Positions 24,862 to 34,142 of a stretch of DNA of 64,000 nucleotides are shown in pieces. The stretch is from positions 151,531 through 215,530 of the forward strand of contig CBFFRP010000399.1 of the NCBI GenBank assembly GCA_965644295.1. The letters are read 5' to 3'. The stretch is from Paraphysomonas bandaiensis (lineage: Eukaryota > Protista > Chrysophyceae). A program made the position numbers and the translations under genes. Within the stretch, counting starts at the first letter, position 1, and every line of letters begins with the position of its first letter. The notes beneath the pieces were generated by a model. The model had not been told where the DNA came from and made no database searches. It saw only the letters and a program-made list of their open reading frames with translations.

Positions 24862-25292
24862 GTTATAAATAGTGTGAAGATACTGTTATATAGTTAGATA
24901 ATAGAGTGATATGATTGAATGAGATGAACCTGTCTGTATAATGTAATAAATTTATAATCAACTATCCACTAATTAATTAATCTTAGTGCTATGTACTGTG
25001 TATGCTCTGGTGTTGAGATATATGCAGGTGTTGATATGTATGTATATATATGTATGTGTATATATGGTGTGGGATACGTGGACTGTATATCCAACAGAGG
25101 GTGTACACAGAGGGTACCTACACTATGGTAGAGTACGATGTCCAGTGTGTAGGTATATGTATATGTACTGTATATGTATATGTATTCTATTCTACAAAAT
25201 TAGTGGAATATTTCAGTGTCCATTGATTGTGTATACCAAGTACACTGTACACTGTGGTACACGAAGCTACCAACCATTATAATAAAATCTGA

Positions 25293-25324
25293 TTTGATTG
25301 GATAAAAAAGAATAGTTTGATTGG
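25293..25324 (-). promoter_or_regulatory. Two tandem CCAAT boxes (TTTGATTGG x2) in the transporter/DPH2 divergent promoter
   Basis: Identical 9-mers at 25293-25301 and 25316-25324, about 300 bp upstream of the DPH2 ATG. Function is inferred only. Confidence 0.35.
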
Positions 25325-25602
25325 CTTGGAAGATGAGTTGACTTTATAACTTTTGTCCAGTTTTTTTTTTTAATTTCTCGAATTAATTATACAGAGTATT
25401 TCTTATGTTACAATTATTGTCCAATAAACAAAATTACAATACAAAATTCCCCCTACCTCCAATCCATCTATCTATTGAGTGTTAATCCACATACTTTAAC
25501 CACTAAACTCTCATTCATTTAACTCCTTTAACAATCAAATTCAAATCTATCATTCATTCCATTCCATTCTTATAAAAATCTTACTATAATTCATACTTAA
25601 TA

Positions 25603-27082
25603 ATGTTACATAACTTTAATATTAATAGTGCAATTCATATTATTAATACTTACAAGTTTGCACGTGTGGTATTACAATTCCCTGATATTTACTTATCAAT
25701 ATGTACAAATATATATAATTATATTATCAATCATATCAATCCTACTATAGATTTATATATTACAGCAGATGCTACATATGGTAGTTCAGTAGATGATATA
25801 TCAGCTGCTCATATTGATTCGGATTTATTAATATATTTTGGTACTGATATGAGTGGTACGGCATCTATACCGGTATTAATTCTACCACAACAAATGGAGA
25901 TTGATGTACTTTTAACAACTCAATGTATATGTGATTATCATGAGTTTGATGATTCATCTGTAGTGTCAGAAGGATCTGTTTTACTCATATGTGATCCGAG
26001 TTATAATCATGTATTGAATTCTATCGGCGATGCACTACAAAACAAGTTTAAAGGCCTATGTGTTGGAAGAATAACACCTCGTGCTGATCCCGATAACTGG
26101 ACACCGGAAATATCAAAGTTTGATAGTGTAGCTGCTGATATGGAAAGTATTGGTGGTCTTTACTTCAATCCTGAAGCCGTCATGAATGCTCATACAGTGA
26201 TATATATTGGCGAGAAGAAAGAACAACTAGTCGGAATTTTGCTCCGTCTAAGCGATTGTCGAGTAATTTCATGCAGTCCCCAGTCGTCTAATAAGATGGA
26301 GCTTCATCGTGGTCAAGAGACAAAGGAGTTCCGGGAGCGGTACGTGGGGGTCATGCGAGTCAAGGAGGCAGAGATAATCGGGCTTATAGTTGGCTCTATG
26401 GGAATTGATGATGCCACCATGCGTACTCTAGTGGACCAGTTAACTCGATATATTGAAGCTGCTGGAAAAAAGTGCTACTGCTTTGCTATGGGAAGAATAA
26501 ATGAAGCCAAGCTTTGCAATTTCCCGGAGGTAATCACGATGTGGCTTTTACGTCCCATGAATAATATGTTCTCCAGATAAATGTTTTCTGTTTAATATCC
26601 AATGATGATACCGCAAGAGTACCTGCGAAGTAAGTGTCTCAGTACTATCGTTTAATATGTCATACTCTTTGAGCAGGACATTTCATGTTCCGGTCGTGAC
26701 CCCGTTTGAGTTGGAGCTGGGACTTGGTGCTAGAGAGTGGGACTGTATGTATGTCAGCAGTGCCTCGTATAGTCTGGCAAGTGACGAAGAGTATTCGCAA
26801 CGCCTTAAGCTCATAGAAAGTGGTCGTTCACGGTCATCATCCTATAGCAGCAATGATACAGATGAAGTTGCTCTACCCTCGACAACTGTTACAGACTCAT
26901 CCGCCATGACAGTGAAGAGCGGTTCGCAGTTGACTGTATTTCACAGTGCAGCTGCAGACTATTTGGCTCAACGCGATTATAGAGGACTAGAATCTACTGT
27001 TCCTGTTGACCAAAGTGTTGATGTGTTACCTGGTCAGTTCGGTGTAGCATCCGGATATGATCGGAGTGGTGTGAATAAGTAA
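25603..27082 (+). CDS. DPH2: Diphthamide biosynthesis protein 2
   Basis: VVLQFPD, ADATYGSSVDDISAAH, IGLIVGSMG, GRINEAKLCNFPEINVF, PVVTPFELELGL and the DPH2-type tail SAAADYLAQRDYRGLE...GQFGVASGY; two introns near 26530-26676. Confidence 0.85.
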
Positions 27083-27234
27083 TACATGAACATGTGTAGA
27101 TACCATAAGCTTTAATACGTACGTTCGAAGAGTCATCTTGTGTTTTTAAGCTTTCTAGAGGTATGCTGCTATTAGAACATTATAAACGTTTTGTTAGTTC
27201 TACTCTTTAGGGTATATAGCTTTCACATTGGTTC

Positions 27235-27541
27235 TATTAATTTACGCTTTTAGTTAGTGCAATATTGACTGATTGATATTATAGGAGATATAGTAAGTTT
27301 ATGATGTTGTAGCCCTGTGAGTTAGGAACCACGTCATTCACCAACATCAACATTCTGTTCTACAAATCATATCTTTAACAGCTACTATATTTTCAGTTTC
27401 TTTGTATACTTGTAATAGCTACTCCTATACTGTAGTCATGTATATTCTGTATTTCATTGCTACATAGAATACAGGATAACTACTAGCGATTGACTTTACC
27501 AAACTTCAAGTACGCACGTAGGAGTTGGTTGTAGTTCAATA
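27235..27541 (-). repeat. 3' LTR of the Copia element
   Basis: Matches 32107..32413; element-strand termini TATTGA...TTAATA. Confidence 0.95.
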
Positions 27542-27589
27542 CTCCCACTCAATGAACATATCAGAATATACTGTGATGAGCAAGTCTAC

Positions 27590-30500
27590 TTAGTGCGATA
27601 CCATAGTGTGCACATGCTGATAGTGCAGCTTCTCGGACAAGGCTTTAGTCATCACGTCTGCTGTCATCTCTGCCGTTGGCACATGATTCAGCCTGACGAT
27701 ACAGCCTCCCACTTGCTCTCGAATCCAATGATACTTGATCCGAATATGCTTGGAACGTTTATGATTTACCGGGTTCTGAGCTAGATCAATCGCACTCTTG
27801 CTGTCCATATTCAAGATTGTTGGAGACGCATTCTTACTGAGCTCAAATCCACGAATTCCGAGCTCTGTCATCACCCCTCGTATCCATACAATCTCCTGAA
27901 TTGCAGCATATGCAGCCATATATTCAGCTTCCATAGTCGACGTAGCCACTGTTGGCTGCAGTCTGGACTGCCATGCAATTGGAGCACCCCACAGATATAC
28001 GATATACCCTGTAGTGGATCTGCATGTATCCAGATCTCCGGCCCAATCTGCATCAGAGTACACACATAGAGGGTCTTCATCTGTGAAATTAGGAAATATG
28101 ATACCTTGATCAACTGTATTTTCTAAATACAATAAAGTATGCAGAGCAGCTTGACATGCAGCGTACGTGGGTCTTGTGGTGAACCGGGAGAGAAGATTTA
28201 CTGTATATGCCATGTCTGGTCTAGTATGCACTGCCAAATACATTAAGGCACCAATAACAGATTGATAGGGAAATGCATCAACGTATTCTCTCTGTTTTCG
28301 AGTTTCTTCCTCTTTTGCATCCTTGGACAACTTTAGGCCAGGTGGTAGAGGTGTGGTTGCCTTGCACCGTCTCTTCTTTTCTGACAACAAGTGATTGAAT
28401 CTGGCCACAACATCTTTAGCATATGCAGACTGATGTAACTTAATCTGGCCATTATGACGCTCAATGGTAAGACCTAAATAATGCTTAAGGTCCCCCATAT
28501 CTTGCATGGCATATTGAGTCTTAAAGGCGCTGATGACTTCTTCAATATGACGGCTGTCAGAGCTGAGCACAATGATATCATCTACATACACAAGTATCAT
28601 ATGTAGGTTATCATCAGTACCCTTGAGTACAAATAAACATGGGTCAAGAACACATTGTTTATACCCCATCGCCTTTATACTGTCCTTCAGCATTGAATGC
28701 CAATTTCGAGGCGCTTGTTTTAGGCCATACAAACTCTTCAGAATCTTCAAACAACAGCCTTGTGGAATATCTATTCCTGCAGGTGGAGACATAAACACGT
28801 CTTCGTCCAGATCTGCATACGGAAATGCCGTTTCTACATCGAGTTGACGGAGTTGCAGATTGTATCGCAGAGCCAGTGCTAGTGCTAGCCTAAATGATAC
28901 ACCTTTAGCTACTGGGGAGAATGTCTCATTATAGTCGACTCCTTGTTCTTGAGTAAACCCTTTCGCCACAAGTCGAACTTTGAACTTCTTAATTTTTCCA
29001 AGATGGTCGCGCTTTACTTTAAAGACCAATTTAGATTTTATGATTTTTCGGTGTTTCGGCCTTCGGACAATCTTCCAGCATGTCCTTCGTTCAAGCTTGT
29101 GCACCTCCTTCCTGGTAGCTTCAATCCAGTATGTTCTCTGTGGAGTCTTCTTTGCTTCTGCCAGCGTCTGTGGCTCTTTAATTGTGCTGTTGGAGGAATC
29201 AAGAAACAATGAGACATCGCCGAGGACACCAACGTTAACAATGTGCCGTTTTTTTCGAGGTCGTTTTTCAGTTCTGGGATTTCGATCTGCCCCACCTGTT
29301 GAAGATGCGCCCCGATTTGAGCGGTCAGGAGTCCTCTGTTCATTGTCACTGTCATTACAAGTCTGATCCAACTCATTTCGCAAACTATTAAACTTGTCGG
29401 TCTGACACTTTGTAGAGTGAGTCATCTTTACTACATCTTTGATATGAATTGGAGTTTGCTCCTCGGTAGTATTTCCTTTCATATCTAATCTCCTATATGC
29501 AACAATGACTCCTCTTCTCTCTATCACTCTGGTGGTAACATAACACAGGTGTCCATCAAGATGTCTGAGGCCCACCAGGTACTGATAGTCATTTACACTC
29601 TCTGCTGTTTCTGAGGTGTCGATTTGTAGATTATCTATTTCGTCGAAATACTCCTGTGAACGCTCTGGAATTGACTCATCAAACTGTGCATTGACTGCAA
29701 CAATAATAGCATTCAGGTCTGGAATATATATTTGGTGTCCAACAGGTTGTTGACATTGTCCCATATAGTATCCAGGTTTTCCCTTTTCTTTCCACTCTTT
29801 GCGGCGCTGCTCCTTCGGCACAATAGCCCATGCCTTGCAGCCCCAGATCTTCAAGTCACTCACATCTGGTGCGGTTCCAGTAATATACTCAAAAGGTGAG
29901 ATGTATCCTTTCGTTGTCTTCGTAGGTAACCTGTTGATCAGATATACAGCATGCAAGACTGCTTTGAACCAAAATACTGATGGCATGCCACTATCGAGCA
30001 ATATAGCAAGGGCCATCTCCTTCACTGTACGATTAGTGCGTTCCGATAGCGAATTCATTTCGGGTGTGTCACGTGGAGTCCAAGTAACCTGTACAGTCCT
30101 TGTGCTGGTGGTTTCACGTAAGTACTGCCTGACATGTTGCCCTACTAGTTCTCCTGCGCCATCTGCATGATATCGTCGTAGTTGCAATCCTTCTTTGACA
30201 AGTTGGGTCTCTACCATGTCCTTCATACACTTTAACACTTCACTCCCAGTCTTGTTTTTCAACCCATAAGCCCATACATGTTTTGCATCACTGTGCTTGA
30301 ATAGTAACACATGTTTGTAGCCTTCCATCGATGGCGTGTTTAGGACTTCCATCGTATCTGCACTGAGCACCCCTCTCTCCTTTGGGTTGTTGTCTAAGTT
30401 CATCAACTGGCGTGGAGTCCTGAAGTTCTTTCTCGTGAGTTTCGATCGCATGCAGGTATTACATTTGCATATCGTTTTTTTGTGTTTTTTTCTGAAATAT

Positions 30501-32107
30501 TTCTTGTCCAGATTTATTCCATCAACTAGGCCTCGGCGGTCGGACTCAGTCAGTTTATCATAGTTGACATGGCCAAGTCTTTTGTGCCATAGAATTCGCT
30601 GGTCATCAAACCCCTGCTCCTCAAGTGCTGCTGAGGATTCTTCTCCAAGCTGAAGTAAGTCTTCGAGTCGAACTGGATATAATCCATTAACACTTCTCTG
30701 TCTAATGAGTGTCTTGTTCGTAGTCTTATTTCGAATGACGACTTCATCATTATCGAACGTCACAACACAACCCCTATCTGTGATGCTCTTCATATCTACG
30801 AGGTTCTTACTTGCTTCAGGTGCGTAGTACACCTTTTTAAAGCTTCCTACATCGCCAACACTGTGTATTGACAGTTTACCTTTGTTCGCTGTGGACATCT
30901 GCCTATCAGCGCGCTGAAGGTTGGTCATGTGGTTTTTGGAGGTAAGGATCATCTTGTTGCACCCGCTGTCTAAATAAATAACATCTGACATGCTCTGTGC
31001 TAGATTCACCTCTTCTTCCACACATATCATCGATTCGTATCCCGCTTCATCTTCTGAATCATGTACAGACACTCGCGGTTTCTTCTTGTTCTTGTAGGGT
31101 GCCGTTTCCCTTCTAGAGTCTCGCCCCCGTTTAGAACTGACCACTGCAGCTTTAGCAGTCTTCAAGTGGAAGCAGTCTTTAGTCTGATGGCCTGGGATGT
31201 CACATATCTCACACACAGGTAGCTTTGTTTTGTTATCACCCCTGTTTCTGTGATCTCTATCTTTTCTCTGTGATCTTGTCCCCTTCATCCTCTTTATGAC
31301 ATGCTCTGGAGTCTTGCACTCCCTAGCAAAGTGGCCAAGTTTCTTGCACTTATTGCATCTGCCCTTTCTCTTGTGCTCTTTCCATTTACTGTCATCCACT
31401 GCTTGATTGACACTGTCTTCCCCTGAATTTTGCAACGCATGCTTGCCGAATGATGTGTTTTCATACCCTTTGATTAGGCTGCTTGCTCTTGCGTATGTCA
31501 CATCGTTTGCTGTATACAGGCTGTGTGCTAGTTGGGAATATCTCTTGTCTGTGAGACCTTCCTTTAGTCGAGTGAGCTTGTCGTCTTCCGTGACTTCACG
31601 ACCTAGATTCTCGAGAATCTTGGCCTGGGCTTCAACGCTGTCGACGAACTCTGCTCCTGACTGACTTGAGGTAATCTTCATTGAATTGAACTTTGTGACC
31701 TCTGCCTGTACTGTATTCTTTTCAACATTGAGAAATCTCTCTTCCAGTGCCTGTAGTAACCCTTTTGCTGTACTTCCTTCGTAGAGAGCCGCTGTTGTGC
31801 CTGCTTTTGGGTGAGCATTGCACACTTCCATCAGGAAGGAGTACGCGGTCTCGTTCCGGGTGTTCCAGAGTTTCTTCGCTTTGCGTAGTCGCTTCTTCTG
31901 TGCATCAGTCATATGAGCTCCCGCTGGGACTGTAGAGTCTAGATCATGAATGTGCCTTGGTTTATCCTTTGAGAGGACAAGATGAGCTCGATTGTGTCTC
32001 ATGAGGAATGAGGTGAAGAACTTCTTGAATTTCTTGAAGTTCAGTTCCTCGAAGGGAGGTACCTTTGAGCCTGAGGCGACATTCGTGAAATTTCCATCCG
32101 CTGCCAT
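27590..32107 (-). CDS. Copia gag-pol polyprotein (1505 aa): gag, two CCHC knuckles, protease, integrase, RT, RNase H
   Basis: CNKCKKLGHFAREC and CEICDIPGHQTKDC; YLDSGC; WHKRLGH...CNTC, SADT, HADGAGE, NSLSER; RLVAKGFTQ, LYGLKQAPR, YVDD; YSDADWAG, EAEY, RSKHI. Order PR-IN-RT-RH is Copia. Confidence 0.97.
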   Translation of the reverse strand: MAADGNFTNVASGSKVPPFEELNFKKFKKFFTSFLMRHNRAHLVLSKDKPRHIHDLDSTVPAGAHMTDAQKKRLRKAKKLWNTRNETAYSFLMEVCNAHPKAGTTAALYEGSTAKGLLQALEERFLNVEKNTVQAEVTKFNSMKITSSQSGAEFVDSVEAQAKILENLGREVTEDDKLTRLKEGLTDKRYSQLAHSLYTANDVTYARASSLIKGYENTSFGKHALQNSGEDSVNQAVDDSKWKEHKRKGRCNKCKKLGHFARECKTPEHVIKRMKGTRSQRKDRDHRNRGDNKTKLPVCEICDIPGHQTKDCFHLKTAKAAVVSSKRGRDSRRETAPYKNKKKPRVSVHDSEDEAGYESMICVEEEVNLAQSMSDVIYLDSGCNKMILTSKNHMTNLQRADRQMSTANKGKLSIHSVGDVGSFKKVYYAPEASKNLVDMKSITDRGCVVTFDNDEVVIRNKTTNKTLIRQRSVNGLYPVRLEDLLQLGEESSAALEEQGFDDQRILWHKRLGHVNYDKLTESDRRGLVDGINLDKKYFRKKHKKTICKCNTCMRSKLTRKNFRTPRQLMNLDNNPKERGVLSADTMEVLNTPSMEGYKHVLLFKHSDAKHVWAYGLKNKTGSEVLKCMKDMVETQLVKEGLQLRRYHADGAGELVGQHVRQYLRETTSTRTVQVTWTPRDTPEMNSLSERTNRTVKEMALAILLDSGMPSVFWFKAVLHAVYLINRLPTKTTKGYISPFEYITGTAPDVSDLKIWGCKAWAIVPKEQRRKEWKEKGKPGYYMGQCQQPVGHQIYIPDLNAIIVAVNAQFDESIPERSQEYFDEIDNLQIDTSETAESVNDYQYLVGLRHLDGHLCYVTTRVIERRGVIVAYRRLDMKGNTTEEQTPIHIKDVVKMTHSTKCQTDKFNSLRNELDQTCNDSDNEQRTPDRSNRGASSTGGADRNPRTEKRPRKKRHIVNVGVLGDVSLFLDSSNSTIKEPQTLAEAKKTPQRTYWIEATRKEVHKLERRTCWKIVRRPKHRKIIKSKLVFKVKRDHLGKIKKFKVRLVAKGFTQEQGVDYNETFSPVAKGVSFRLALALALRYNLQLRQLDVETAFPYADLDEDVFMSPPAGIDIPQGCCLKILKSLYGLKQAPRNWHSMLKDSIKAMGYKQCVLDPCLFVLKGTDDNLHMILVYVDDIIVLSSDSRHIEEVISAFKTQYAMQDMGDLKHYLGLTIERHNGQIKLHQSAYAKDVVARFNHLLSEKKRRCKATTPLPPGLKLSKDAKEEETRKQREYVDAFPYQSVIGALMYLAVHTRPDMAYTVNLLSRFTTRPTYAACQAALHTLLYLENTVDQGIIFPNFTDEDPLCVYSDADWAGDLDTCRSTTGYIVYLWGAPIAWQSRLQPTVATSTMEAEYMAAYAAIQEIVWIRGVMTELGIRGFELSKNASPTILNMDSKSAIDLAQNPVNHKRSKHIRIKYHWIREQVGGCIVRLNHVPTAEMTADVMTKALSEKLHYQHVHTMVSH

Positions 32108-32413
32108 ATTAATTTACGCTTTTAGTTAGTGCAATATTGACTGATTGATATTATAGGAGATATAGTAAGTTTATGATGTTGTAGCCCTGTGAGTTAGGAA
32201 CCACGTCATTCACCAACATCAACATTCTGTTCTACAAATCATATCTTTAACAGCTACTATATTTTCAGTTTCTTTGTATACTTGTAATAGCTACTCCTAT
32301 ACTGTAGTCATGTATATTCTGTATTTCATTGCTACATAGAATACAGGATAACTACTAGCGATTGACTTTACCAAACTTCAAGTACGCACGTAGGAGTTGG
32401 TTGTAGTTCAATA
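32107..32413 (-). repeat. 5' LTR of the Copia element
   Basis: Matches 27235..27541; its last base is the A of the gag-pol ATG. Confidence 0.95.
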
Positions 32414-32906
32414 GGTTCTTTTATTGGCGAGTTCGTGTATTTGTTCTCCATTTCTCGCAGGACCCTCGGTAGCTATCATCGATAACAGTTTGAAATAGCA
32501 ATAGATCAGTTACATTAAAAGCAAGGACGAGAAAACGGCTGAAATCATTGTCTTCTTTATCAAATCCTGTTTAATTTGCTGACGGGCTTTTCTAAAACAT
32601 CCTAACGTTTACAGTTTATATCCTATTTGGTGAGTTATCTAACTTCTGAGCTCACTTTCATTATATGCTGATTTCAAATGTCGGTCCTAAATTGACAATC
32701 TTTATAATTGACTACAACCTACGCCAATTAGTTGTTACGTATTCTAGTTGGATATTGATAGGAAATATTCATACTTCACACATCATAACTATTCCAATCG
32801 GTTTTACTAGTAGAGGGTAAGGGTTACGGGTTTAGTTTATTTTTCCCCTCGCATCTCCGACCCCCGTTTTTTTCTGTGGACTAGCTTTTTGCTGTCACTA
32901 CTCTCT

Positions 32907-33290
32907 ACTCTCACCTTTTGGTGGTGTTCTGGGGGATAAGTCGCACCTTTTCTCCGGGAAATTAACGTGAGTAGATGTTGTAACGCTTGTGTAGTACAAG
33001 GTACAAGGGACACTAAAAATGGTACTTGGGTCTTGACAAATAAACAGGCATCTGGGAATGGGACCACCTCAAGGGGCAGCCAGGGCATTGGGCTGCCAAC
33101 TGAAATCTAACATTCGGGCTAGTTTACCTCTCTTAAGGACAGAGAACTAAAGTGGTCGCACCTTGGTGCTTGCGATGACGCACAAGCAGCTTTTGTAGCG
33201 CAAAGTAGTAGGATGTCAGAGTTAAGCGCTAGTTAGTAAATTTGTTTCGTTAGACTATTTCTGACTCTCATACGCATATATCGCTAATAT
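32907..33290. repeat. Dispersed hairpin-rich repeat, copy A
   Basis: Colinear similarity to 52372..52862 (ATAAGTCGCACCT, AACGTGAGT, AACGCTTGTGT, AATAAACAGGCATC, CACCTCAAGGG, GACGCACAAGCAGCTT, TAGTAGGAT). Confidence 0.85.
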
Positions 33291-33776
33291 AACTTCAGGC
33301 TTATGTAGCTATAAATTGAATTGCCAAGTAATTTAATTTGGTTATAAAATGATAATTGTAATTATTACTGGTAAATATTTCCAAAAAAATTCTAAATAAT
33401 TGCTTGCTTTTAATTATATATCACCTCAAAATGAAAAGTACAAACGTGCGTACATAGAAGAGCTTTACAGTGTTTAATCCTTGCATGAAAGAGTAAAAAC
33501 ATGTCCAAGATCGTTGGCAAAGAACAAACTGAGCACCTCCACAACATGTTGTATTTGCGTATTCGCTGTTTGAACGAAGGAGATGCTGTGGAGTCCACGG
33601 TGACGACGAAGATTCCGACATCCAATCATCTGCGTGGGTGTGATTTTTGTGTTGATCCCGATCCCAAGTGAGGTGTGTCATATGTCATTCCAGGATAGGG
33701 GCACTTGGTCTCACTTAGAAAGGTTTAGCAATCAGACTTGATATAGATAAACTGATACAATCAACATTAAGAACGG

Positions 33777-33865
33777 AAGTGGTCGCACCTTGGTGCTTAC
33801 GGCGACGCACAAGCAGCTTCTGTAGCGCTAAATAGTAGGATAATAGAGTCTGTGCTGATTAGTTA
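33777..33865. repeat. Dispersed hairpin-rich repeat, partial copy C (3' core)
   Basis: AAGTGGTCGCACCTTGGTGCTTACGGCGACGCACAAGCAGCTTCTGTAGCGC...TAGTAGGAT matches 33150-33230 and 52722-52800. Confidence 0.85.
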
Positions 33866-34142
33866 TGGGTAGAGGTCTAAATAGTCTGTCTAGCATTCAA
33901 CTAGCCACTACATTGGTGCAGATTTTTAACGCCTATTGCTAAAGAATAAGACTTTCAGTATATAACTGAATACAATAGCGATGTAACTTTATAGTGTGCT
34001 AGAGTAAGATAACATTCTTATTACAAGAAACAACAAGATTGAACTAGAGCATAAAAATTAATTATTCGTAAAAACCATCCAGCAATCTACTTATTTACAT
34101 ATATCATCTACGAGAAGTGCATCCTTATAAAAAAACGCACTA

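Larger units (their letters stand above)
27235..32413 (-). mobile_element. Full-length Ty1/Copia LTR retrotransposon (5,179 bp), apparently intact and very young
   Basis: Two 307-bp LTRs with no difference seen by eye; 5-bp TSD GGTTC (27230-27234 and 32414-32418); PBS-like TGGCAGCGG right after the 5' LTR; PPT GAGTGGGAG before the 3' LTR; single uninterrupted gag-pol ORF. Confidence 0.97.

Noticed and set aside
32814-32838. Degenerate TTAGGG-like motifs (also about 1776, 40602 and 52019)
   Set aside because: Only 2-4 imperfect units; too weak to call interstitial telomeric repeats.
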